Positions 39,105-54,100 of a stretch of 64,000 bases of DNA are shown here, in pieces. The DNA comes from Eledone cirrhosa. Taxonomy: Eukaryota. Below the pieces are notes generated by a model, which did not search any database, was not told the DNA's origin, and saw only the letters and a list, made by a program, of their open reading frames with translations. The stretch is from NCBI GenBank assembly GCA_964016885.1, contig OZ024741.1:387128001-387192000 (forward strand). Direction: 5' to 3'. Both the position numbers and the translations under genes were made by a program. How positions within the stretch are numbered: the first letter of the stretch is position 1; every line of letters begins with the position of its first letter.

Positions 39105-42100
39105 TTGCATTTCTTTCTGGAATATACCATTATTACAATGAAAATAAGCAGGAATAAAACTGCAGCAGCAATTGGTGCCAGTACATGATCTGCAACAATA
39201 ACAATATATAATCTGGAATAGAAATTTTTTGGTTTTGTTTTTTTGTATATGTTTGCGTGTTATATTTATAAGGTTCCTCAAATTCTATTTTTATGTGAAA
39301 TATCATGAGAATAATATATTTTCTTTCGTTTTTGAATATATATTTTAATGTGGAATATTTATGTAGTGAAGTATTGTATATATTATTTATGTGTATATTT
39401 TCATTCTGTAAGAATTATAAACAATTTGTAATGTTATTTATACAATTATGATTAAAACATATTTGGGCTTCTGTTTATTGAAAAATATAGGTATAAAGCC
39501 TCAAGTGTGAGACGGTAGAGTAGATTAGATATATCCTAGTATTTAACTGATACTTATTTTATTGACCCTAGAAAAATGAACTCACTGTGTAAAGGTACAC
39601 AACTAAAGACTACAGAGTATTTAGTCTCCTCTCCCACTCTACTGTTTCTACCAATCAATCACACAAGACTATGTTAAGAATGAATTAGATACTTAGTTAA
39701 GACAATATTAAGACAAATAGGGAGGATCTTTATAGAGTTAATTGTTGTGCAGCAAGACCTCAGTTTATGAGGAATATAAGCACTTATCACTGCCTTCAAT
39801 GTCAGACATGAAAAGAAAAGACACACATGCATACATGTATATTTATGCACATACACACACCACACACACACATACACATACATACATACGTAACACAAAA
39901 CGCCAGACACCAACAGTTTTGCAAGGTTTCACTTTGTACTTAGGTAAGGCGGGTCTTCTGTATTACTGTGTAGCGCCAAAGATCTCGGTTCAGTGACATT
40001 GTCTTGGAGAAGTGTAAGTGTGTGAGGTCGGAATTTATCAAGTCGTCCCAGGTTTTTCTGGGTCTGCCTACTCCGTGGCTACCGTCTATTTTTATTGCCC
40101 TGCACTTTTTTATACAGCTGTCGTCTTTCATGCGCATCAAGTGACCGTACCAACGTAGTCTTCTCTCGAGTAAACAACATCTGATCCCTCTTATTCCTAA
40201 TTTTTCCCTTAGTTCATTTATGCTTTGCCGTTCACGTATATTACTATTACACATCCAGCGGAGCATGCAAGCTTCGTTTCTCTCCAGTCTGCGTATATCC
40301 TCTGCACCCAATGCCCAAGTCTCACTGCCATGTAACATTGCTGTTCGTATGCAGGCATCATACAGCCTGCCTTTCATTTTTAGAGAGAACCCTTTAGCGG
40401 CTAATAGTGGTATAAGCTCTCTGAACTTTTCCTATCCCGTTCTGACTCTAGCTACTGTACTTTCAGAGCACCCTCCCCCACTGCTGATTTTGTCAGGTAA
40501 GTAACGGAAGGTATCCACTATTTCTATAGAACCATCTGTGTAATGGAATGAGCTAGTATTCTGTGGGCACTTGCTGCTACTTATTGTACCAGAGCACCGG
40601 CTACATATAAAATCTATATTCTTAGTTAGCTTACCTGTGATCCCACTACATCTTTTATGCACCCATACTTTGCATTTGGGACATAAAATGGAGTTTCTGC
40701 CTACTCCTTTCCTACACACTGAGCATGGCCATTTCCCAGATGGGAACTACAGGAGTTCCAAACATGGAAGCATGGCCTAGAAACAAAAGGCCTTAGAGTT
40801 AACTTGTCTAAGACTAAAGTTCTAGTATGTAGAAAGGAAAATAGGGCACAGGCGCCCTCTGGGAAATGGCCATGCTCAGTGTGTAAGAAGGGAGTAGGTA
40901 GAAATTCCATTCTATGTCCCAAATGCAAACTATGGGTACATAAAAGATGTAGTGGGATCACAGGTAAGCTATCTAAGAATGTAGATTTTATATGTGACCG
41001 ATGCTCAGGTGTAGTAAGTAGCAAGGACCCACTGGATGCTATCTCCTTCAACTGCCCAGATGGTTCTATAGAAATAGTAGACTCTTTCCATTACCTGGGT
41101 GATAAAATCAGCAGTGGTGGTGGGTGCTCTAAAAGTGTAGTAGCTAGAGCTAGAATGGGATGGAAAAAGTTCAGAGAGCTAATACCACTGTTGGCCACAA
41201 GGGGTTTTTCTCTAAAAGTGAAAAGCAGATTGTATGATGCTTGTATACGAATGGCAATATTACATAGTAGTGAGACCTGGGCGTTGTGTGCTGAAGACTT
41301 GCATAGATTAGAATGAAATGAAGCTTGCATGCTCCAATAGATATGTAATAGTAATGTGCACGAATGGTGAAGCATAAACGAATTGAGAGAGAGAGAGACT
41401 AAGCAAAAGAGGTATCAAATGTTGTGTTCTGGAGAGGAGATTGCGTTGGTATGGTCATGTGATACATATGAAGGAGGACAGCTGTATAAAAAACTGCAGG
41501 GCAATGAAAATTGATGGAAGCTACGGAGTGGGTAGACCAAGAAACACCTGGAATGAGGTGATAAAAACTGACCTTGCTCACTTACACCTCTCTAAGACAA
41601 TGTCACTGGATCGAGATCTTTGGTGCCATGCAGTTGTACAGAAGACCCGCCTTCCCTTGCATACAAACCTACAGTCAGTAGGCACTTCTTAACCCAATAT
41701 ACACCCCACCCCCCACACCCTACCCCATGCTCCCATTTCCGTCCACTGTGTCAGTGACACAACAAAAGGCATTCAGTCCACACTGTAAAGTGGTCGTGTA
41801 GGAGACACGGTAAAAAGGTTCCCAGTTCCACACTGTAAAAGTGGTTGGTGTTAGGAAGGGCATCCAGCTATAGAAAACCTGCCAGAGACACTTCCGTATG
41901 AGTGAGACATGGTCTCCTGACCATTCTCGCATCAAATAGAACAAAACTATCTAACCCATGCTAGCGTGGAAGATGGACGTTAAATGATGAGGATGGTGAT
42001 GATGATGATGATGATGATGATATGACTCTGAAGCTTGTTTAGAATCCCCACCAGAATCTAATATGATGAAAGCCTACTACCGAAACAATAACTTTCATCC

Positions 42101-45100
42101 GCTGATCTCGTTGGAATTATTACTTCAGTACTACATGGAGTTCTAACAATGTTATTGGCCCTACCATGACACCAGTATATACATATATCATCATCATCAT
42201 CGCTTCTCCTCTCCTGCACACTTCATCTGATCCTTCTTATGCCTAATTTCTCTCTCAGTTCATTTAGGCTTTGCTGTTCATGTATATTACTATTGCACAT
42301 CCATCGAAGCATGAAAGCTTTGTTTCTTTCCAATCCTTGGAGATCCTCACTACCATGCAGTATTGCTCTTCATCTACATGCATTATACAGTCTGCCTTTC
42401 ATTTTGAGAGAAAAACCTTTTGTAGTTAGCAGCAGTAGTAACTGTGCTTTCAGAACACCCTCTTCCACTGCAAACTTGGTCACCCAAGTAATAGACACTA
42501 TCTACTACTTCCATAGAATCCTCTTGGCATATGAAGGTGTTTATGAGCTCTTGCTACTTACTACACTTGCGCATCAGCCACATGTAAAAGGTTGTATTCT
42601 GTGAGCTCTTGCTACTTACTACACTTGTGCATCAACCTACATTCTTTGTTAGCCTGCCTAAGATACCACTTCATCTCATGTACCAATAGTTTTCATTTGG
42701 TTCATAGGATAGAATTTCTACCTACTCCTTTTTTGTACACTGAGTAAAGCCATTTCCCTGAGGGGATCTGGGCCCTTTTCCTTTCTACTTACTAGAAATG
42801 TAGTCTTTGCCAAGTTGACTTTAAGACTTTTTGATTCTAGGCCATGCTTCCAGGTTTGGAATTTCTTCTCTAATTCAGCTATAGGGGTTAGGTCATCTGC
42901 ATAGAGGAGTTCCCATGAGCAGCCTGTCTTAAACTTCTCTATTATAGCCAGCAGGATGATAACAAACAGGAGGGGGCTAAGAACGGAACCCTGATGGACA
43001 CCAACCTGCATGCTAAATTCATCGCTATGGTCATTGTTAATTCTGACCTTGCTGACTGCTCCTCTATACATATAAAACAGACTCATAAAGCATTGATAAG
43101 CCTAAGGCTATGGCAGAAAACACTTACCACTGTGTGAATGATATTGATAGGTTTTTAATGCTATTAATAAATACAGAGTAATTACCAAGTAACTTGTTCC
43201 CTTCTGTGAGGTCATCAACAGAGCTGTTGATGCAAGATTCTCCAGAGGAGTCACTGTCACATCGACCTGATAAACAGAGGAAGAAAAAGGATCAGACACA
43301 AGAAATAATATCAGTGTTGAACTACATAAGGAATTTAACCAAGTTGTGTTTTATTTTGTTTTTAAATCAATCGACAAGATTTCAGACCTAATTTGCTTAC
43401 CGAGTGGGGTGGAACTTGTCAAATTGGACCAAGGAAACAATGTTTCTATTGGTCTTTCCATTGCTGATACTCTCTAATGGTCACAACTCCTGGCAGAATG
43501 TAATACAACGAGCATTTTATGGCCATTTTCCTCACCAAAGCTTTTCCATTCTACCCTATACTCTTTTGGATTTCTTTCAGAGTTAACATAAAAGTCTCTA
43601 TCAGCACTATCGACCTACTAGAAATAACAGCAAATAATTCTAAAATTATAATCTATCATCTTTAAAACGCAAGATCCTATTTAATAATGTAGTTTTCAGT
43701 ACACTATGGCTAAAGAAAAGCTAAACAACAGCTTCAACTAGTAAGATGGATATACCCAGGACTGTGAAAGGCAGATGGACTTTTACTCACTGAGTAAGAG
43801 GTAGATGTCTCATTTGGGATGCCACAGTCAGTGACTCATTTGTTCCCTCCCACATCCTGGATACTGCATTAAATGCAAGGGTCAATGCTTCTCTAGCCAA
43901 ACGGAATAAAATTCTGAAATACCAGGAATTATCGGTAAACTATTTCTTCCAGCCTGTGGTGTTCCAGACGTTTGGGGAAGCTAGGCTGCTGACAGTGAAG
44001 TTCTTGTCATCGTTAGGCAGCTCACCTTACCAAAGTGTCAGGTGATGCCCATGAGGGTGCTTAGTTATTTCAGTGCCTTAGCCATGCCATCACCCATGGT
44101 AATGCTGCAAGCGTGTTGGCTTACCTCAAAAAGTATTAGAGGAGGGTTCCGATGCCCCTTTTGATGTGTGGCTGATTGATGCACTGAGTGTTGAATTTAT
44201 GTTGTTGTTGTTGTTGTTGTTTTTTTTTTTGGGGGGGGGGGGGGCTTTGATTTTATATTTTTGTGTATTATACAGAGTCCACCAATAAAATGTATACACA
44301 CTTCAGCAAAAGAAAAAAATTGTATAAATATTTCAGTACTAATTTACTAGTCTACAGTGTTATTGTAATTTGATCAAACTTCAAAAGAAGTATTTATATT
44401 TATAGAGGTACTTAAATAAATTAAATATTTATAAAGTTTTTTTATTTTCCTGAAGTGTGTATACAGATTTTGGCAGACTGTGTTTTATATGGTTCCATGA
44501 ATTCTATTTTTATGAGAAACATCATGATTATAATATATTTTTAATGAATTCTTGTTATTATAAAAACTATTACAGATTTAAACAAATTCTTAGCTCAAAA
44601 TATTTCTTCCATTTTCATAACAAATAATAAGTCAAATAATTAAGATGCTCTTACATTTTTTTTTATTGGGCAAAGAGTTATCTCCCTTTGTTAAACACAA
44701 TCCAATGAGGCAGTCACTAAACACTAATCTAGGTCGTAGATATTATAAATTGTTGTCATATTTACTGTCTTCAGGCGCTCACAGCCCTCGACCAGTCGGG
44801 CAATGTGATCGGTGGAAACTCCACCTTGGCGTTCTATAGAGGATTAGTGGAGAGGAAGAGCGTCGACGTACTTGGGGAAACTCTAGGCGTCAACGAAAAT
44901 CAACTAGCCAATCTCTTTGGAAGAACTTTCGGGTCGGGGCCTATGGACAACTTCCAGAAATCCCTGGCCTGGCAGTGCTACCGAGGAGCTTTGCCAGTTC
45001 GGGATAAACTCTACAGGCATGGAGGTCCCGTCAGCCGGGCATGTCCGAGATGCACACAGGGCGACGAAACCATCCTGCATGCACTCGTCCAGTGTCCGAG

Positions 45101-48100
45101 CATTGCTGACTTGTGGGTTTATGTCGAACACCTGCTGTTACGTGTAGAACGGATCCGGTTATCAGCTGAGTCCATCGTGAGGATTGTCTCGTCCTCTTCC
45201 TTTAGCCGGGAAGGGCAGGCAGTTTTTATCTGCATGGTGGCCATGGCGAAAGAGATAGTATGATGGACGCGTTTGAAAGGGCTGAAGACGAGCTCTTACC
45301 TCTTCGGTGATGCCCTGATTAACTTTTTCAAATTTCATTTGAAAAGGAAAATCAGGGTAGAGAGGGAGGTGCTCTCTTCCCAGCATTTTGTTGAAAGATG
45401 GGTGAGAGAGGCAAGTATGGCCCGAGTGAATGGGCCTACTCTGAGTATGTGCCTGTAAATTGAAGGTGGAAAACTGGGAGAGGGCACTTGCCCTGGTGGT
45501 CAGGGTCACCGTGGCTTTTTTAATGGGCTTTCTCCACGATGGCCCTTGGAAGTCTACCCGCTATTGGGGAATTTTTCATTGTTCTTTTTTTGTTACGTCC
45601 TCTGTTTTTGTTTTTTTTACACGCAGAAATGCCCATTTGTACCGTCCTGTACTGTCCTTAATGTCTCACTTTGTGTAAACCCTTGTGGTTAATAAAGAAA
45701 GCATATTTACAAAAATGATACCCGATGGGGCCCACCCACAGCCCCAGTGGACAGAATGGAGAAGGCGTTTCCCCAGAGGACGGCAAGGGAGACGCGCTGG
45801 AAAAGCCACTCTAACTCGCGGGGCTCACACCTGAGGCTGGCCAGCTCAGCACCTATGGTGGTGAGTAAGGAGGTAGCCCTGGGGCCAAGGACACCAGAAG
45901 TCTCCACTGCCAGGGGTACGACCGCAAACCTGTCGGAGAGCAACCGGTATTTGAGGAACTTGGCCTCCTCAGCCCGATGTGCAGCAGAACCTGGGTTAGT
46001 CGCAGACTGCACCAGGTTGCGGCTGCAGAAAGTGTCGGTGCAAGTGGCATCCCAGTCGAGGGGTTTGCCACTGCGGAACGGGAGGATGGTCATTTATAGC
46101 GAGGTTACTCAATTAGTTGTTACTCAAATAAGTTTAGCGACCAAATCTCCTTTTAACCGTTCCTATCATCATAACACCTTCCAAAATTAGTATCTTCCTT
46201 TTGTAGCTGGATCACACACGTAACAAGACTCAAATATAACCAACATCAAGCTTAGTTGTAGAAACCTTCCACACACATGACGCCTTCAAATGTTAGTTTT
46301 TAAAAAGAAAATTACTAAAATATATTTATTTACCTGTAAATCCAGTACTTGAAGATATCAATGTGTTTGTATGATCTGGATTCGATGAATGTGACGTGAA
46401 GCCATTACACGTTTCTGAAAAAGCATATTTTTAAACAGCTACACCAGATCTAAATCTATGTTCATGTGGAGACTATCCAGAAACTTTATGGTATTATTTA
46501 TTCCAATGTCAAAATACCAGTGTGTGAAGGTACATGGCTTAGTATTGGACTTATGGTTATAACGTTGTGGGTTAGATTCCTGGACTAGGTTGTGTGTTGT
46601 GTTCTTCAGCAAAACACTTCATTTCATATTGCTCCAGTATACTCAGCTGAAAATGTGTACCAGCAGCAGATGGGGGATTAAACATGCAATGGACTGGCAT
46701 CCTGTCCAGGGAGGAGCCGTGAACTGTCACTCACTTAACATCATGGAAACCAAGATAATCACCGGCTTGATAAGTCTCCAAGCTTGAGACAGACTTTAGA
46801 CATTAGAAAGGAGGACTTTTTTTAAATTGATCTCACTCTCTTCTTTTGGCAGTGATGGTGATGGTGGGGACAGTAACAATGGTGATGATGAAGGTATATT
46901 TGTGACAGCAAAGGTATGCATGGTGTTGAAATATAATAATCCCATTTGAAGCATGATAGTAAGAATATTGATGTTATATATACACTGATTACAATAGGCC
47001 ATTAACAGAGGAGACTTGTTGATCACAGTAGAATATAGGAAAACATAAGAAAGAGCATAATATTGTTTCTACTTCAGGCACAAGGCCAACAATTTGAAGG
47101 GGAGGGGAAAGTCGATTAAATCTACCCCAGTGTATTACTGGTGCATTATCTTATCGACCCCGTAAGGATGAAAGGTAAAGCTAACCTCGGTGGGATTTGA
47201 ACACAGAACGTAAAGGTCCGTAACTCTATGCCGCGAAGCATGTTGTCCGACACTCTACCAATACTGCCAAACAGAAGCATAATATTGATAGTGAATTATA
47301 TGTTAATGACAACAGTGGTATGAACACAATAATGGAGTTATAAAGATCTTATGAGAGTTAAGAGTTGATAACTGAATATGTTGAGATATATTGATGACAG
47401 TTGAAGTATGATAATGTGTTTAGAGTTGTACTGATGACAGCGGGGTATAGTGTTCAAAGTGGCAGTGTGCAGATAACAGTAAAAAATATTACTTAAGATG
47501 AAGATGAATTATAAATCACTTGTGTGTTTTACAGTCCACTCTGTAAATTGTTAGTGCTAGTGCCATGATCAAATGCACTCAGTCCACTCTGTAAATTGTT
47601 AGTGCTAGTATCGTGATAAAATGCACTCAGTCCACCCTGTAAATTGTTAGTGCTAGTGCCATGATAAAATGCACTCAGTCCACTCTGTAAATTGTTAGTG
47701 CTAGTACCGTGATAAAATGCACTCAGTCCACCCTGTAAATTGTTAGTGCTAGTGCCGTGATAAAATGCACCTAGTCCACTCTGTAAATTGTTAGTGCTAG
47801 TGCCGTGATAAAATACACCTAGTCCACTCTGTAAATTGTTAGTGCTAGTGCCATGATAAAATGCACTCAGTCCACTCTGTAAATTGTTAGTGCTAGTGCC
47901 ATGATAAAATGCACTCAGTCCACTCTGTAAATTGTTAGTGCTAGTGCCATGATAAAATGCACCCAGTCCACTCTGTAAATTGTTAGTGCTAGTGCCAGGA
48001 TAAAATGCACCTAGTCCACTCTGTAAATTGTTAGTGCTAGTGCTGTGATAAAATGCACCTAGTCCACTCTGTAAATTGTTAGTGCTAGTGCCGTGATAAA

Positions 48101-51100
48101 ATGCACCTAGTCCACTCTGTAAATTGTTAGTGCTAGTGCTATGATAAAATGCACTCAGTCCACTCTGTAAATTGTTAGTGCTAGTACCGTGATAAAATGC
48201 ACCTAGTCCACTCTGTAAATTGTTAGTGCTAGTACCGTGATAAAATGCACCTAGTCCACTCTGTAAATTGTTAGTGCTAGTGCCGTGATAAAATGCACCT
48301 AGTCCACTCTGTAAATTGTTAGTGCTAGTGCTATGATAAAATGCACTCAGTCCACTCTGTAAATTGTTAGTGCTAGTACCGTGATAAAATGCACCTAGTC
48401 CACTCTGTAAATTGTTAGTGCTAGTACCGTGATAAAATGCACCTAGTCCACTCTGTAAATTGTTAGTGCTAGTGCTATGATAAAATGCACTCAGTCCACT
48501 CTGTAAATTGTTAGTGCTAGTGCTATGATAAAATGCACTCAGTCCACTCTGTAAATTGTTAGTGCTAGTGCTATAAAATGCACCCAGTCCACCCTGTAAA
48601 GTGGCCATGGTAATGCCACATTAAAATGCACCTTGTCCACTCTGTAAGGTGATAGTGCTGGTATCACAAAAAATGCACCTAGTTCACTCTGTAAAGTGAT
48701 AGAAGCAATGCTACATTAAAATGCACCTTGTCCATCCTGTAAAGTGGTAGTTTGTGCCACAAAAACACACACCCAGTACACTCTGTAAAGTAGTTGTTGT
48801 TATGAAGAGTATCCAACTGTGAAAACCATCCAAAATATGGGACATATATACAACACATGATTGCCTGACCTGTCTAGCTCCATCAAACCCATACCAACCT
48901 GGAGATACAGTTGATGATGATGATGATGATGATTATGATGATGATGATGACGATGATAGTGGCGACAACAACGATGATGATGATGATGGGGACAACAATG
49001 ACGACGACGATGATGGTGGTGGTGATGATGTTGATGATGATGATGGTGATGGTGATGGTGATGACATCATTTGCCTTCATATATTCCTCTATCAAAATAA
49101 GTAAAAGAAGAAAACAAAACTAACAATAGGAAATGACTTGCACTCCAAACATTTACCCGACAATTTAAACGTATGATCATATCTTTATAGTTATGAAGGA
49201 ATAAGAGTTATTTTTCACATAAAAATAACAGACAAGAGTCAAAACTCACCATTTGGTAGATTGGTTGGTATACACATCTGTCCCGGAAACTTGTAAAAAT
49301 CCTGAACAGAAGCTGACGTAAATTCTGGCAAACATTGACAAGTGCCATTATTACAGTTTAGATGATGTCCAACAACACAATCTTTAGTACTGTTGCACGG
49401 TTCATTGACTGTTGATTTACCAGGAAACACACAGAAGCCATGTTTTAATAGAAATGGAAACTTACATCCACAGCTCTGTCTAGGTTTGCATTCTGTTGTT
49501 GTAGTTGGAAAACAAACTGTTGTGCTGTTACACTGGCTTCCTAAGTCAGCAACTGATCAATACAAAGACAGGCAAATAAAAAAATTTGGATCACTTGAAA
49601 CGATAATAAGCAATTTAAGATCATTTTGATGATAATGGTAATGAAATTATTGTGTAAAGTGCTCAGGTGCACTACAACTCGTCAAAGGTGCATGTATAGT
49701 ACATAGAATAATATACAAATGTCAGGGAAGTGAATAGTGTATGAGTCATGATATACAGCATAAGTTAGCCTTATGGAATCTATAACAAGCTTCGCCATTT
49801 TGCCCTATCGTCTGCATTCCTTCTCACCTACACCCAGGACCAGATTTAGACCTTGGGTGGGGTCAGCAAGTTCAGGTTTGGTGAGACTCTCACACAACAC
49901 ACATAATATATATATATATACATATATATATATGTGTGTGTGTGTACACACAAGCAGGAAGAGAGAGAGAGAAGGGACCCTGCTCAGAGAGAGACTCTGT
50001 TTAAGGAGGGGGGGGGGGGGCATTGAGTATTTGTCACTACCGCCCCAATAAATCTGGCCCAACATACTTTCATTTCCTCCTCCAAGTTTTTTTCCATGTC
50101 TCTACCTGTTTACCCCTACTATTTTCCACATTCATTTCCATTACTCCCTCTCCCACCCATTTACTTTCATCCTCTTCAACACATTTCTCAACAAATTCCA
50201 TTTCCATTCTTAACATGAAAAAAATGGGAAAGACTTCAAACATTGACAATAAAAATAGTCATTTCTAACATAAGCCTGATTGACTGGACTCTCACAGCTG
50301 ACATGGAACAAAGAATCCAGTTGTTCAAATACAAGTGCTTCAGAAGGTTGCTACACATCCTGTATATCAGGCATGTCAAACTGAGGGTCCCCCCGAGGGC
50401 CACATGGATCACATGTGTTGTCTGAGGGCCACACATGACAACTAATTGCCCACATTACAACTAATTTTTTATATTTCATATTACAAAAATAAAACATGTT
50501 CGCACTGTAAAAACCTTTGTGTGGGCCACAGGTGTGCTTGTAAAGGTCCACATGCGGCCCACGGGCCTCATATTTAACATGCCTGCTGTACATGAAGTAC
50601 AAAACAAACAGCTTTGTCGGGTAACAAGTTAACAAATATGCTAGCAGACAGGAATCACTCCTTGTGATAATGAAAAGATAGAAGCTTGCCTGGTATCATT
50701 ATATATCTCACCACAACTCATTTTCTAAAAACATCCTTTAAATGACTAGCTGCACCAGTTGTGGAATTGTTATTGATTGATGATCAATTAAAATATTCAA
50801 AAGTGTTTCATTTAAACATGGCTGCAGTCTAATGGCTGAAACTAGTAAAAGAATGAAAAAATAAATACCTTTTGTACAAAATCCTTCTATCTCAAAGAAG
50901 CCGTTATGACATGTACACAAGAACCTACCACAAGAGTTTTGTGTACAAACACTATTGCTGGGACACTGGATATCTGTTGTACAATTGGATCCAATATGTT
51001 GAGTTGTTACTTGTATATTTGCTATTTCCACAGTTATATTTTCAACATATTCCAGCAGAACTTTAACTTCTATTGAAGATTCTAAGAAAAATAAAATGAT

Positions 51101-54100
51101 TTATCATTCATTATTAATTTTATTTGATAATTAAGATGAAATACTGTATATATGTATGGGTGTGCGTACAGTTGTGGGTGTAATTGATATACAAAATGAC
51201 GTTTAAAACATACATTACTCTTCAAGCATACATTACATAATATAGTCCTTCAATGTAATTTACATAATATAGTCATTTAAGTTGACAGATAAATGGTAAA
51301 TCCCTGAAAGGCTGTCTAACAAACTACTCTCAATGTTAGAGAGAAAAATCAAAAACAGTGGGAAAGCTAGTTAAGAACTGTTGCACTACCAATGTCCAAC
51401 TACTAGCTAGTTTTGCAAAAGGCGCGTTCTACTGCTGGTCAGAAATGGTCATTTGTATTCATATGTCACCAACTCTACAGGGCTGGCAACTGACCAAGCA
51501 TGACCAAATTACGCCACAGCAATAAAATAGTACTGCCATGTCTTGCTACACACTGCTCTAACCCTCTTTCAAATGTCCTATTTTTTCAACAAGCAATATT
51601 GAATTTTATTTATAACTCAACTCACCATTATTATTGTCAATAATATCATTATTGATATTATTATTTGACTTTGAAGTGTTCTGCCAATGTGAGAAATCAC
51701 TAGAATTTGACTTTGAAGTGTTCTGCCAGTGTGAGAATTCACTAGAATATGACTTTGAGGTATTCTGCCAATGTGAGAAATCACTAGAATTTGACTTTGA
51801 AGTGTTCTGCCAGTGTGAGAGTTCACTAGAATATGACTTTGAGGTATTCTGCCAGTGTGAGAAATCACTAGAATTTGACTTTGAAGTGTTCTGCCAGTGT
51901 GAGAGTTCACTAGAATTTGACATTGAATATGGAATTGTTGTTTTTAACTCAAATATCTCTTCTGTTGAGGAAGTGTTTCTGCAAGGTTCTGAAAAGAAAA
52001 AAATGGAATCCAATTTAAAACAATAAAAAAGACATGTTTTCCTTTAAAAATAATTTGCAATATTTTCCAAGAATATAACATCTCTAAATATATTCTACAG
52101 TAATATTTCACAAGAATTAACATCTCTATTCTACAATAATATTTCACAAGAATATAATATCTCTATTTTAATATTTTGGGAGAGTCATGTTGTTATAATA
52201 TTGCCAGAAAAATATAGTAAAACACACTCACTGTTTGGTTTGGGTTGGTTTTCGCTTCAGTATATTTTTATATCTTTATAATTAATTCAGCTGGCAATCA
52301 GTGTTTATCATTAATTGACCAACAGTTAAAAATATATAGATATAGTTTCTCATAGTTCTTTCGTCTCACAACTTTGACATCATCAGTGATGTTTCTATGT
52401 TTCCTCCCATTGTATTACTATAATGTTTTCGATTTTATTTATTTATTGTTGTCTCTGTTTGTGTATGTGTTTGTGTGCGTATATTCTGTTTGGTGTGTGT
52501 TTGTGTGTTCATGTCTGAGTCTGTGTGTGTTCTACCTTTGGTTACTAGTGTGTGTTTATGTGTGGGTGTTGTTATTGTACCTGTGTATATTTATTCATAT
52601 TTATCTTAGATCACTTGTGTGTGTTTGTGTAAGGTTGTTATTCCATTTGTTTTTCTGTTCAGCCCAGGTTTTCTTAATTCTATTTCTGTAGCCTCTCTAA
52701 TTTGTCTAATTGTGGAGTCATTTCTATGTTTAGGTATTATTTTAATTTCTATGTTGTCTATATTACCATCATGTCTTCGTCTGGCATGTTCATTTAGTAC
52801 TGAATTATCTTTTTGTCCTTTTAGTTCACTCCAGTGTCCATCTATTCTCTTTCATATGCTACTGGCTGTCTCTCCTATGTATGTCATCATGTTTCTGCAG
52901 GCACCCTCTGTGCATCTTATGCTGTAGACTACATTTCTAGTTTTACAATGTATGTGTGGACTTACTCTACATATTACACATTTCTTATTGGTATAGCAGA
53001 TTTTCTTAAAGGGGTAAGTTTTACTGATCAGGGATTTTGTGGAGATTCCTGGCTTTTCTACCACTTTAATATTTATATAGGTCTTTCTTAGAACCTTTCT
53101 AAATTAGTTAGCTAGTTCACCTCCAGGGGTTGCATCCACAACATGACACTCTGGTAACTCCGGTTGTCATACCATGAAGTGGCTTTTCCTATCTTATGTT
53201 TAATCCTATCTATGTTATTTCATGATTTGTTCCTGTACAACGGGAAAATCCCTTTCATGTCCATCTCTATGAGGGTCTTATATTTCTTTGTGGCTCCTTT
53301 GTACACTCTGATTCTGTATCTTTGGTTGTAGCTAGAAAATTGTTGTACATGTCTTTCTAGTTTCAGTTGGATCGCACATGCGAGACACATTCTTCATCAG
53401 TTTTACTAAGCCTGTGATCAGAATATTAAACTTAACACTATTGGACATTGCTGAGTTTTTGTGTATTAGATATTTGGAGGCCATGGGTTTAGCATAATGT
53501 GAGAGGAGGATTTGGGTTTTCTCGTTTATAGTATGCAACCAGAGTTCAGTGTCTAATATTGGTAGTCTATTGTTTGGGTGTTTGGTAGGGCAGTCTATAT
53601 AGTTACTGTGATGCTCTGGTGTATGGAGTTAGCTATTTACTGGATGCTCTCCATGGTTTTAGCTTCTAATTCGGGTTCATAGGTATTCTCTTGTGGGGGT
53701 GTTTTTATTACTATATTAATGTCATCTACATAATGAGAGTCCATGATTAGGGCTATGGAGTTCTCTGCTATGCGTTCTTTGAGTCTCCTTTCACACCATA
53801 CCATAAATAGATTGGAAAAATTGCCAGCTATGCTGACTCCGATGGCTGCTCCTTCATCTTGGGTGTAAGTTTTCATTAAATTTGATCATGTGGCATTTTA
53901 GGGTAGTTTTATTACTAGCCCCTACAGCATGTGTGATCATCTTTATCACCTGATCGTTGTTCACACATGTCCATATGACTTTGGTCCATTCGTTCCATCT
54001 TCCTATGGGTGTCTTTTTTGCCATCAAAGTTATGGTAGGGGGTCTACCTCTTACTGGTCTGCTGGGGCAAAAGCTGCTAAGGTCATAATTGCCTAGATAT

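Noticed and set aside
39925-42020. Single twin-primed RTE insertion
   Set aside because: Both arms cover the same ORF segment and are clearly diverged, so they are two insertions.
47529-48608. 359-aa repeat protein or an exon of the minus-strand gene
   Set aside because: A 48-bp unit keeps frame trivially; it derives from a non-coding retroposon motif and lacks fitting splice sites.
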